A stretch of 63,953 bases of DNA, filler included, from Octopus bimaculoides (lineage: Eukaryota), in assembly GCF_001194135.2 (NCBI RefSeq). It is 7 parts of 6 records of this genome, joined end to end, with 100 filler letters (N's around TTAATTAATTAA, not from the genome) between each part and the next. Parts side by side here need not be neighbours in the genome. Positions count along the whole stretch, not along the records: positions 25,766 to 41,127 come from NC_068996.1; positions 41,228 to 46,593 come from NC_068985.1; positions 46,694 to 62,440 come from NC_068987.1; 4 more parts are not named here. One strand, written 5' to 3'. The translations under genes were made by a program, and so were the position numbers. The notes under the pieces were generated by a model, which did no database searches, was not told the DNA's origin, and saw only the letters and a program-made list of their open reading frames with translations. Positions 35,790-47,672 of the stretch are shown one piece after another. Numbering within the stretch: the first letter of the stretch is position 1; each line of letters opens with the position of its first letter.

Positions 35790-37760
35790 AGGCAACCCAG
35801 TCATAGCGCAACTAATTAGGGAAAGAGTCAGATTAGAGGAGATACACTTTAGGTTTGTGCCAGGGAAAAGCACCACTGATGCTATATTTTTGGTAAGACA
35901 GCTGCAGGAGAAATACCTAGCCAAAGAAAAACCTCTGTACCTGGCTTTCATTGACATGGAGAAAGCTTTTGACAGGGTTCCCCTATCCCTTATCTGGTTG
36001 TCAATGCGGAAACCAGGGATAGATGAGTGGTTAGTGAGAGTTGTACAAGCCATGTACAGGGATGCTGTCAGTAAGGTGAGGGTTGGCAATGACTACAGAG
36101 AAGAATTCTGAGTAGAATTCTGGATCAGTCCTCATCAAACTCTTATTTATCATAGTCCTCCAGGCAATAACAGAGGAATTCAAGACAGGATGACTCAGGG
36201 AGCTTCTCTATGCTGATGACCTTGCTCTAATAGTTGAGTCACTATCAGAACTAGACAAGAAGTTTCAGATGTGGAACCAAGGTCTAGAATCGAAGGGCTT
36301 TAGAGTCAATCTAGCAAAAACCAAAGTCTTAATAAGTAGGAAGGCAGACAAACCACAAATACCTTCAGGTAGATGGCCCTGCTCGATCTGTAGAGAAGAC
36401 ATAGGTAGAAACTCCATAAGATGTACCTGGTGCAAGCTATGGACACATAAGAGGTGCAGCAATATCAAAGGAAGGCTAACTGATAAGCTAGTTTTTGTGT
36501 GTGACAAATGCTCAGGGGCAATAAACACTGAAAATGTGCAGAAAACAGCTTCCGTCACATGCAAGGGGGGAAAAAACTACACGTAGTTGATAGCTTCCAT
36601 TACCTAGGTGACCAAGTCAGTAGTGGGGGTGGATGCTCTGAGAGTGTAGCTGCTAGAATAAGAATAGCCTGAGCAAAGTTCAGAGAGCTCTTACCTCTGC
36701 TGGTGACAAGGGGGTCTCTCATTCAGAGTAAAAGGTAGACTGTATGATGCATGTGTACGAACAGCAATGCTTCATGGCAGTGAAACATAGGCCGTGACTG
36801 TTGAAGGCATGCGTAAGCTTGTAAATAATGAAGCTAGTATGTTCCGGATGTGTAATGTCAGTGTGCATTCATGACAGAGTGTAAGTACCTTGAAAGAAAA
36901 ATTGGACATAAGAAGCATCAGATGTGGTGTGCAAAAGAGACGACTGAGCTGGTATGGTCATGTGCTGCATATGGATGAGGGCAGCTGTGTCACACACTAG
37001 CAGAGAAAAAGTGTTACACACTAGTAGCAGAGGGAACCTGTGGAAGAGGTAGACTCAGGAAGACCTGGGATGAGGTGGTGAAGCACAACTTTCGAATGTT
37101 GGGCCTCACGGAAGTGATGACAAGTGACAGATCTTTGGTGATATGCTGTGCTTGAGAAAACCCAGCAAGCCAAGTGAGACCATAGCTGTGGCCTATGCCA
37201 GTGTTGCATAACCGGCCCATTTGAGAGTACCCTTCAATCATTGGGCAATAAACTGTGCTTGCAGAGACCTGTTGAGTCAAGGGAAGTCATTGTCATGGCC
37301 GATGACAGTACCACCTAATTGGCACCTGTGCCTGTGGCACGTAAAATCCAACATTCATATGTGGTCAATGCCAGTGCCACCTGCCTGGTCCTGTGCCTGT
37401 GGTTCATAAAAAACACCATTCGATTGTTGCCAGTGCCGCCTGACTGGCTCCCATGCCAGTGACACATAAAAAGCACAATTCAAACATGGTCATTGCCACT
37501 GCAGACTGAGAGGTCCTGTGCCAGTGGCACATAAAAAGCACCATCCAAGTGTGGCCGATGCCAGTGCTGCCTGACTGGCCCTCATACCGGGGACATGTAA
37601 AAAACTACACTATCGGAGTGGTTGGCGTTAGGAAGGGCATCCAGCTGTAGAAACTTTGCCAGATCAGATTGGAGCCTGGTGCAGCCTTCTGGCTTGCCAG
37701 CCCTCAGTGAAAATGTCCAACCCATGCCAGCATGAAAAGCAGACGTTAGACGATGATGAT
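35790..37760 (+). mobile_element. RTE LINE, 5'-truncated: RT, C-terminus, structured 3' UTR and (GAT)n tail
   Basis: FVPGKSTTDAIFLVRQLQEK..LAFIDMEKAFDRVP, LLYADDL, GFRVNLAKTK, then ~62-bp UTR repeats and the tail GGAAGGGCATCCAGCTGTAGAAAC..GACGTTAGACGATGATGATG. Confidence 0.92.
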
Positions 37761-38607
37761 GCTGATATATATATATATATACACACACACACATAAACAT
37801 ACACCCACACACACACACATAAACATATACACACACACACATAAACATATACACACACACAAACATATACACACACATAAACATATACACACACACACAC
37901 ATAAACATATACACACACACACACATAAACATATACACACACACACACATAAACATATACACACACACACACATAAACATATACANNNNNNNNNNNNNNN
38001 NNNNNNNNNNNNNNNNNNNNNNNNNNNNNNNNNNNNNNNNNNNNNNNNNNNNNNNNNNNNNNNNNNNNNNNNNNNNNNNNNNNNNNNNNNNNNNNNNNNN
38101 NNNNNNNNNNNNNNNNNNNNNNNNNNNNNNNNNNNNNNNNNNNNNNNNNNNNNNNNNNNNNNNNNNNNNNNNNNNNNNNNNNNNNNNNNNNNNNNNNNNN
38201 NNNNNNNNNNNNNNNNNNNNNNNNNNNNNNNNNNNNNNNNNNNNNNNNNNNNNNNNNNNNNNNNNNNNNNNNNNNNNNNNNNNNNNNNNNNNNNNNNNNN
38301 NNNNNNNNNNNNNNNNNNNNNNNNNNNNNNNNNNNNNNNNNNNNNNNNNNNNNNNNNNNNNNNNNNNNNNNNNNNNNNNNNNNNNNNNNNNNNNNNNNNN
38401 NNNNNNNNNNNNNNNNNNNNNNNNNNNNNNNNNNNNNNNNNNNNNNNNNNNNNNNNNNNNNNNNNNNNNNNNNNNNNNNNNNNNNNNNNNNNNNNNNNNN
38501 NNNNNNNNNNNNNNNNNNNNNNNNNNNNNNNNNNNNNNNNNNNNNNNNNNNNNNNNNNNNNNNNNNNNNNNNNNNNNNNNNNNNNNNNNNNNNNNNNNNN
38601 NNNNNNA

Positions 38608-38740
38608 GGAAGGGCATCCAGCTGTAGAAACTCTGCCAAATCAGATTGGAGCCTGGTGTAGTCATCTGGTTTCACCAGTCCTCAGACAAATCGTCCAACC
38701 CATGCTAGCATGGAAAGCGGACGTTAAACGATGATGATGA
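38608..38740 (+). mobile_element. Second RTE 3' tail
   Basis: GGAAGGGCATCCAGCTGTAGAAACTCTGCC..GACGTTAAACGATGATGATGAT, beside a gap. Confidence 0.85.
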
Positions 38741-38865
38741 TATACACACATATCTATACACATATGTACACACACACACATATGTATACATACACATATA
38801 TATATATATATATACATATACAAATATACATATACAAATATATACATACACATCCATACATATAT

Positions 38866-38912
<47 letters not shown>

Positions 38913-39700
38913 CACACATATATATGCATATTTATATCCATATATAGATATGCATTTATACACACATGCATATATATACACACACATGTACATATATGCT
39001 CACATATATACACATAGAAACATGTACATATATGGACACATATACACATACATATATACATACACACATATACATGTACACATACACACTAATAACAGCA
39101 TTATTACCACCACCATTACAACAAAATGCCGCTGTATTTATAGTATCAGGTAGGCCGTTTATGTAACTAAAGCAACGACAGTTCCAAAATGCTTTCTAGT
39201 TCGCTTTTGTCAGTTGGAATGTTTATGGGAGAGAGAGAGAGAGAGAGAGAGAGGGGGTGAGAGCGAGATAGAAACTGTAAACAATTAGATAATAGATATG
39301 AACAACTTGTAACTATTATTAACCATCTCCAAGACAATATTAATTCAGGTGAGAAAAAGGTGGATGGGTGATTAAGTTGGCAGTAAGAATCAACACACAC
39401 TTACACATTGTTATTATTATTATTATTAGCAGAGGTAGTATTTGCTATTTGTTTTCTCCCTTGAAATATCCAGGCTGTAATATTTTGATAAACTCCTTCC
39501 TTTCACATATAATGGTGTCCAGTTGTTTCATTAGTCCATTAATAATACTGTATTCCCTATTAATTGCAGCAGCTTTATTTTATACAGTAACGAAATTCCA
39601 AATAGAAATTCCATTATAACGAATACAGAAATATGACCTGTAGCAGTATGTAATACGTAAAACTTAATATAATACAGTAAAATAAATGTAGGGTATTCAA

Positions 39701-39742
<42 letters not shown>

Positions 39743-40146
39743 CTTAATAATTTGTATATGAAAAATAGAATATAAGCGCCGTCAGGGAACGAACCGTCTT
39801 TTCGTTTAAAATATTCAATAATGCATTTGTTTATATTTAAGTTTTTTGTTGCTTTTTTTTTTCATTCGATCTTAATTTCATTTCCCTCTTTTTTATACAA
39901 TAACAACAAATGATGACAGTTAATAAATGATAAACATATCATAACCGAGAGAAGATAAGCGAAACGAACCAAAACAAAAACAGAACACGATTCGGTGTTT
40001 TGATTATCTATCAATATCGTTCTATTTTCGTTATCTTTTTTATATTTCTATTACATATAATACATAATGTGGAGTGTGAAATAAACACTCAAGTCCTAAA
40101 CAACAACAAAACTGAAAGAGGAGAGACCATAAACTATTAACCTTAC

Positions 40147-40395
40147 CTGAGATGCAGATGTAGTGGCATCACCCCTCGCCTTCGATGTACATTGAGCAAC
40201 ACACAGCGCTCCACCACTTGTCTCAGATCTTTTGCGCCATTCGTTCCAAGCCAAAAAACCCAATGTAGGTACAACGAAAGCAGCTGCCGTTGTCTTTGCT
40301 GTATTGAAATGATTCCAGCTTTGTCCAGAATGGTTTAAGTAAACATTGTTTTTTAATATAGACTGAAGACTCCGTCGAAAAAGTCGGGAAGCCAT
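40147..40395 (-). CDS. First coding exon of a probable nuclear-encoded mitochondrial protein (83 aa, phase 0)
   Basis: MASRLFRRSLQSILKNN..AAAFVVPTLGFLAW..SASQ has an Arg/Ser/Leu-rich, acid-free N-terminus then a hydrophobic stretch. Strong donor CAG|gtaagg, CpG-enriched surroundings, adjacent NRF-1 site. Confidence 0.8.
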
Positions 40396-40426
40396 GTTTC
40401 CGTTTTCGTACTGTAGCGCATGCGCA
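40390..40426 (-). promoter_or_regulatory. NRF-1-type palindrome (40415-40426) and YY1-like AAACATGGC over the ATG
   Basis: Minus-strand TGCGCATGCGCT is 11/12 to YGCGCAYGCGCR and lies 20 bp upstream of the ATG. Confidence 0.7.
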
Positions 40427-41227
40427 CTGAGTACCACACGAGTCTCAAATTCGCTTCCAGCTGAATTTTCGATTTTGCCGGTCTTGCTCTCAAAATGATT
40501 GTTTTCTTAATTTTTTTTTAAAATTATATTATACAGCATTTCTTTAATTTTTAAAAATAAAAACAATTTTTTCTCTTCATAAATTAAAGAAAAATTTCTT
40601 TATAGGAAAAAATGTTAATCTTTATTTTCAGTAATAGTTGTATTATAGATTCTGAATAATAATTCTGCTGATATTTACTTGTGTATAGAAGATGCATTTA
40701 TTCAGCCTAAGATCAATTTAAAATAACAAACATACTTTAGTTCACTCGCGTACTGTTTCCTCTAATTACTTTTTCACCTGCTACTATAATAGTCCCCGTG
40801 CTTTGAAAGTATCCATTGCCAATTCTTATCACGCCCTCCAAACTAAAACAACTCTCCTCCGTCATTATTCCTGTTGTGTCTAAGCCCCAAATTGGAATTC
40901 CCTCCTCGCTCAGGTCTCCCCCTGCTGGCATTCTCTTGAACCAGTCTTAGCTGAATGTTAATCACCTCTATCTTATCAGCATGTGGAGGCTGTCTGTTCC
41001 AACCTACAAACTTAACAAGTAAAAAGATTTTGAAAAATTTTTTTTACTAAAGAGGCAATGGCAACTACTGTTGAATTTAACAATCTAAAAGAAGAAAATT
41101 GTACACTATGAGTCCAACATTCTATAANNNNNNNNNNNNNNNNNNNNNNNNNNNNNNNNNNNNNNNNNNNNTTAATTAATTAANNNNNNNNNNNNNNNNN
41201 NNNNNNNNNNNNNNNNNNNNNNNNNNN

Positions 41228-41259
<32 letters not shown>

Positions 41260-41286
41260 TATACATACATATATTATGTATATATA

Positions 41287-41337
<51 letters not shown>

Positions 41338-41635
41338 GTCTGTGCATATGTATAAAATGTACGCAAACGTATACACACATACAACTGCATACATCATATG
41401 TTTGTATGCGTACCCTTTATGCGTCTATACATTTAACGTATATGCAAGACATATTCATTGCATATATATGTATGTGTGTACATATGTATGTATATATGCA
41501 TGTATATATAAGTGCATATATGTTATGTATACATATATACATATGTAACCATTATATTATATATGTATATTTGTTTATCATATTGTATCAATCTATCAAC
41601 CTATCCAACACAGTGATCGATTTAATTAATTAGTC

Positions 41636-41667
<32 letters not shown>

Positions 41668-41962
41668 GTCTTTCTCGCTCTCTATATATATTGATATGTA
41701 TGCACACACACACATATATCTATATATATACACACACATACACACACATATTTATCTTCCTCTCTGTCTATATCTATATCTATGTGTGTGTGTGTGTGTG
41801 TGTATTAAACCACCTCCCCTTTAACGGAATTTCTTCCAATTTTCTGCTATTGATTTAAAACGACAGCTTCTCGACTTCNNNNNNNNNNACACACACACAC
41901 ACACTCACACGCATACACAGAATCACGCAAAACACACACATACACACTCACACAGAAGCTCG

Positions 41963-41996
<34 letters not shown>

Positions 41997-42319
41997 GTTA
42001 CATAAATACATACATACGTACAATATACTTTATAGTTAATTTTACATATTTCAGCCAGCAGCTCTGACCATGCCGGAGCACTGATGTGCGTGATGGCTAA
42101 TTTTATTTCATTGCACTTCTACTGCTATCGCACCGTATTTTGATTTTGGTGAATGTTTTGTCGAGAGTCATTGACACCCCTGAAGTCCACTGGAGTTCGG
42201 CTAGAACCCCACCCCTGGAGGATGGACTAGCCCAACTCTTACAAAGAGTAGTGGTTGGTAGTAGTCAGAGAGAGTGTTTTGGTAGTCTCACGAGGTACGT
42301 CGTGTGAACACACTTATTA

Positions 42320-43462
42320 TACCTCCGCTAACAAATACGAAGAAGATGAAGAAAGAACAAAAGCTATAAAACAAATGAAATCCAAACTAAAACATGAACA
42401 GCAACGGACAATGATAAAATGATGGCAAGAAAAGCCCCTACACGGTAAATACTGGGCTAAACTAAATGCAAAAGAAATAGACAGAGAAAAATCCCACCAA
42501 TGGTTGAGAAGCTCAGGACTCAAAGCAGAGACTTATGGATTTTTAATTGCTGCACAAGACCAAAGCCTCCCCACCAGAAATTACCAAGAACATATAATGA
42601 ATAGAAACATAACAAGTAACTGCAGAATATGTGGCGATGGACAAGAAACAATAAATCATATTATATCTGGCTGCCCAGTCCTGACTAAGAAGGAATANNN
42701 NNNNNNNNNNNNNNNNNNNNNNNNNNNNNNNNNNNNNNNNNNNNNNNNNNNNNNNNNNNNNNNNNNNNNNNNNNNNNNNNNNNNNNNNNNNNNNNNNNNN
42801 NNNNNNNNNNNNNNNNNNNNNNNNNNNNNNNNNNNNNNNNNNNNNNNNNNNNNNNNNNNNNNNNNNNNNNNNNNNNNNNNNNNNNNNNNNNNNNNNNNNN
42901 NNNNNNNNNNNNNNNNNNNNNNNNNNNNNNNNNNNNNNNNNNNNNNNNNNNNNNNNNNNNNNNNNNNNNNNNNNNNNNNNNNNNNNNNNNNNNNNNNNNN
43001 NNNNNNNNNNNNNNNNNNNNNNNNNNNNNNNNNNNNNNNNNNNNNNNNNNNNNNNNNNNNNNNNNNNNNNNNNNNNNNNNNNNNNNNNNNNNNNNNNNNN
43101 NNNNNNNNNNNNNNNNNNNNNNNNNNNNNNNNNNNNNNNNNNNNNNNNNNNNNNNNNNNNNNNNNNNNNNNNNGAGGTAACTCGAATGTGGAATCTAAAA
43201 ACAGAAACAATTCCTATCATAGTAGGTGCCTTAGGTATAATAAAAAAATATTCAGACAAATACATAACAAAAACACCAGGACTTACAAATATATATAACA
43301 TACAGAAAATTGAACTACTGGGCACTGCACACATCCTACGCAAAACACTTTCAATACAGTAACCATAAGAGCATCACAGCAAACCACAGCACATACCCAA
43401 GGCACACAGAGCTGCGCTGGGTAGTGAAGTGAAAGCACGTTATAAAAATAAAACTACTGAAC
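42320..43462 (+). mobile_element. R4/Dong-clade element, longer 3' fragment (partly in a gap)
   Basis: WQEKPLHGKY..GLKAETYGFLIAAQDQSLPTRNY..CRICGDGQETINHIISGC (CCHC knuckle), then the same C-terminus and 3' UTR as 28738-29080, ending in (CAA)/(AAT)n. Confidence 0.9.
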
Positions 43463-43483
43463 AACAACAACAATAACAACAAC

Positions 43484-43519
<36 letters not shown>

Positions 43520-44479
43520 CCTTTCTACTAAAGGCACAAGGCCTGAAATTTCGGGGCGAGGACTAGTCGATTATATCGACTACAGTTTTTCACTGGTACT
43601 TAATTGATCGATCCCCGAAAGAATGGAAGGTAAAGTCGACCTCGGCGGAATTTGAACTCAGAACGTAGCGAGAGACGAAATACCGCTAAGCATTTCGGCC
43701 GGCAAGTTAGCGATTCTGCTAGCTCACCAACCTCATATAATAATAATAATAATAATAATAACAATGGATGCATGCTACTGATATAGGAAACAGCTGGTGT
43801 GTTAATATGATATCAATATACAGTTTACCTAGAACAAACTGCTCAATTGTTTTAAGGTCTACTGATCAACTTAAGATTTGTGAGCAAATGATCTTTCGGT
43901 ATTAAATAAGTGGAGCACTGAGGCATTAGAATAAAGAGACTGAAAATTTATTAGTCGTTGGAAGTGCTCTGAACACGCATGACTAGACAAGCGTATACAT
44001 TCTGTCCCGTTTGGTTTCGTTTATAAGACTAAATTTTGGTGACAGATGTGTTTACATAAACATCCATGGCATTACGGAAGCGTTGTGTTCTAGAAAATAT
44101 TTCTCCAACTCGGGATACCATAACGCGAAACCTATTTTCTCGTCGATTTCCTTGTAATAAATCGTAACACGGTTCCGAGGGATTTTATGTTTTGTTCTTT
44201 AAATTATAAATAAAAGCAAATGAAACAACCACTTTACGCTAAAATAGTTTTAACACACACTGTACAGTATATATACAAAGAAAGATTTGAAGAGAAACTC
44301 ATCAGACAATAAATAAATATACAGTAATGTTGTAGAATGATACGGTAACTAAACTAGCTTCCCCATGAAGCTTACCTGGTGAAAATTTTTATTTTATTTT
44401 ATTCTATTTTCATTTTACTTGTGGAGAAAGAAAGGGCAGTTCCCATGATATTTGCAGTTCCTCTGAGACCGTTGAGTTT

Positions 44480-44915
44480 GATGCCGTTAATATTTTGTTT
44501 CCTGTATTGCCGGTCAACCTTTGCTGGAAAAACATCAACAAGCAGAAAATTCCAGGGGTTGATGCTCTGAGGAGAAAGGACTGGATAAAATGGTAAGTGT
44601 GAGCCTGAGATAACTAGATGCACCAGAAGTGACAAACGGCGGGAAAAACCATTGGGTCGGAGATTCCTTAATGGTGGATGTAGTAGAGTTGTCAGCTCCG
44701 AGGAATGGAGACCATTATAGTAGTGACAGGTAAGACAACGGGAAGATACAGCCCACCTAAGTTGTATTCAGCCCTTTCCGGACACGTGCAAAGGTTCAAG
44801 CGTTTCAATAAATGATTAAATACCAGTTAGTCCATGGCTCTTCTCTGGATGCACTCCAGTACGTCTGCGTTCGTAGTAACAGCATCGTTCCACATGTAGA
44901 AGTACTCTAGTGTAG
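44480..44915 (-). mobile_element. CR1/L2/Jockey-type LINE 3' end
   Basis: PTLEY..W..LECIQRRA, YYNG..SSEL, PWNFLLVDVFP match the PxLEYC..W..L.RIQRRA..LWN.LP..VFP terminus. Confidence 0.7.
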
Positions 44916-45169
44916 GGTTTCTTATTTTTTATTTCCTATTTTTTACTGCCCACAAGGGGCTACACACAGAGGGGACAAACAAGGACAAAGAAACGGATTA
45001 AGTCGATTACATCGACTCCAGTGCATAACTGGTACTTATTTGATCGACCCCGAAAGGATGAAAGGCAAAGTCGACCTCGGCGGAATTTGAACTCAGAACG
45101 TAGCAGCAGACGGAATACCGCTAAGCATTTCGCCCAGCACGCTAACGTTTCTGCCAGTTCGCCTAATGT

Positions 45170-46035
45170 AGGGCTTCTGGCTGTGTGGGAGGATTGTGCT
45201 TTTATGTGGATATAAATGGGTGTGTGGGGAGATTGTATATTTATGGTGAAAACATGTGTGGGAAGATTGCTGTTATGTGGAGGTAGTAAAAGTATGACCT
45301 ATATATACTCAGATTCCCACATGATTATTGTCATGTGGGATTATATGGGAAAGTGAGGAGGAGGCACAGTCATGTAAGAAAAATGAATACATGTGTGGAT
45401 GATGTGGATATATGAGGATAATCGATGTGTGAGGAAGCGACACCCACACGTAGTGTTATGCGTGTGCGAAGATAACACTGTTATGTGGGTATATGAGGAT
45501 AGGTGATGAAGGAGCACTATCATGTGGGAATATATAAATAGGTGAGGAGGGGGTAGTGTCATGCAGCAATATGTGGGTGGGTAAGGAGGGGCATCATTAT
45601 GTATGTGTAAGGAAGAATCGCTGTCATGTCAGGGTATATGGGATGTGAAGGTATGTCACATGTGTGGGGATGACAGTGTCATGTGAGTGTGTACTGGTAT
45701 GTAGTGAAGCCTCTTTTTCATATGCAAATGATAGAATGTAGGACGAGGTGAATGTTGGGATGGAGTAGCCATGTGGGAATATACGAATATGTGCGGACGT
45801 GACACTGTACAAACATGAGGGGGGATATGAATGTGTGAAGAGGTAGCAATATCATGTGGGAGTAAATTGGTAATCAGTGTAGAGGAACTGACATGTAGGA
45901 GTACATTGATATGTATTTGAAAGAACTTCCACATGAGGGTGAGTGGTAAGGAGTAGAAGTAGTTGATAATTTCATGTGGGGGAATAGGACTGTGTGATAG
46001 CGTTACATTGTCACGTGTGAGCATGTGGGAGGATG
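45170..46035 (+). repeat. Degenerate G/T-rich minisatellite-like tract (ATGTGGG/ATGTG core)
   Basis: Recurrent (t/c)ATGTGGG..GAGG motifs with strong G+T strand bias over about 860 bp. Confidence 0.65.
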
Positions 46036-46209
46036 AGAGTAAGGGGATGCTGAAAAGTTCTTGGCTTTAAGGGTATCGCGAAAAGCCTGGCTGGAAGCCC
46101 AGCCTTCCGAGTTCTTTTACAGGGCTTAGAAAAAACTGAAGGACGGCTGCGATAAGTGCGTGAACCTGAGAGGGGATTATGTTGAGAAAATCAGAATTAA
46201 CTGATACTC

Positions 46210-46593
46210 TCTTTTTTACTCTTTACTCTTTTTACTTGTTTCAGTCATTTGACTGCGGCCATGCTGGAGCACCGCCTTTTAGTCGAGCTAATCGACCCCA
46301 GGACTTATTCTTTGTAAGCCTAGTACTTATTCTATCGTTCTCTTTTGCCGAACCGCTAAGTTACGGGGACGTAAATACACCACCATCGGTTTTTAAGCGA
46401 TGCTGGGGGGACAAAGACAGACACACAAACATATATACACACATACATATATATATATATATATACATATATACGACAGGCTTCTTTCAGTTTCCGTCTA
46501 CCAAATCCACTCACAAGGCTTTGGTCAGACCGAGGCTATAATAGAAGACACTTGCCCAAGGTGCCACGCAGTGGGACTGAACCCGGAACCATG
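46210..46593 (-). mobile_element. SINE family C inserted into a mariner MITE (46040-46205)
   Basis: Family C body with internal (TA)n, directly abutting the truncated MITE. Confidence 0.85.
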
Positions 46594-46715
46594 NNNNNNN
46601 NNNNNNNNNNNNNNNNNNNNNNNNNNNNNNNNNNNNNTTAATTAATTAANNNNNNNNNNNNNNNNNNNNNNNNNNNNNNNNNNNNNNNNNNNNTATATAT
46701 ATATACACATACACA

Positions 46716-46930
46716 CACGAGGGGTGCTGAAAACTTCCTGGCTTTGGGTAAAGAAAATACAAGATGATCAGTTAATTATGATTTTATTGAATACATTCCC
46801 CTCTCAGATTCACACATTTATTATAGCAGTCCTTCAGTCTTTCTAAGCCCTGTAAAAGAACTATGAAGGTTGGGCCTCCAACCAGATCTTTCGCAACACC
46901 GTTAAACCTGAGAATTTTTCAGCACCCGTG
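46716..46930. mobile_element. Mariner-derived MITE, full copy
   Basis: CACGAGGGGTGCTGAAAA..TTTTCAGCACCCGTG terminal inverted repeats. Confidence 0.85.
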
Positions 46931-47280
46931 TGTGTGTGTTTGTTTGTGTGTATTTGATGGTATAAAAGACACGAACGTATTATACGCAGCGCATATTCAG
47001 GAAAAAAAAAGTTTTTAGTTCACTAAAACTTATGGGGAAACATAACTTCGCGTACAGGTTCTGATGTTATTCTTTCTTTTTCTTTTCTGTTTCTCTGTTA
47101 TTTGGTGTATTTTATATACAATCAAATGTGGTAGTTTATAATCTTCTAAAACGTGTCAATAGTGTGATGGTAAGTTTCTAGAAACGAAACTATTTTTCTT
47201 CGACATTGTCAGCCGAGAAATTAATGTAAATAGTCAATTTCATTAGAATTTATTTTATGTCAGGGAGCTAATTTTCTTTC

Positions 47281-47365
47281 CTATTAATTAATTAATTGAT
47301 TAATTAATTAATTAATTGATTAATTAATTAATTAATTATTTAATTAATTGATTAATTATTTATCT
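47281..47365. repeat. (TAAT)n self-complementary tract with periodic TGAT interruptions
   Basis: Directly visible and not gap-associated. Confidence 0.85.
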
Positions 47366-47594
47366 AATTTACTACTAAGAAGTTAAAAGATCAACATAGT
47401 TCTAAAAACGAGGGAAAAAAATGGAAAAACTTCTATATTTAGCTAATCAAACGGTATCAAAATAATATAAACTATTTAAATTAGGGAACATTTATTTCGT
47501 AGAAAGGGAAAATCTTTAAACCAGGAGTGAGAGATTTGAAATTCCGCCTAGCGACCAAAGACCTAACGATATTTAGATTCGGTTAAGGTCCGCT

Positions 47595-47607
47595 GTTGCT
47601 AGGCAAC
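47595..47607. promoter_or_regulatory. RFX X-box GTTGCTAGGCAAC
   Basis: Fits GTYRCY-N(0-3)-RGYAAC. A half-site CCTAGCGAC lies at 47547-47555, in a CpG-retaining unique region. Confidence 0.75.
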
Positions 47608-47672
47608 ACAACGCCAGACTCTTGGAGTGCTGGAATTTCGTTACTTCGTTTAAAAGTCGAGTTAGTCATAAC
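47608..47672 (+). other. Probable non-coding first exon of the EF-hand gene (start approximate)
   Basis: Donor AAC|gtaagt at 47673, just downstream of the X-box. The next exon (54286) has an acceptor and 23 nt of UTR before its ATG. Confidence 0.55.

Noticed and set aside
37290-37585. CRISPR-like array here or in the GTTAAC-core tract
   Set aside because: The DNA is eukaryotic, the units are degenerate rather than identical repeats with unique spacers, and there are no cas genes.
40396-40437. Upstream start in the ORF track (MVLSAH...) and read-through past 40147
   Set aside because: The start is GTG and overlaps the NRF-1 site. The ATG at 40395 has better context, and the strong donor at 40146 ends the exon.
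40400-47600. Shared bidirectional promoter
   Set aside because: The starts are ~7 kb apart, separated by TE debris, and each has its own motif set.
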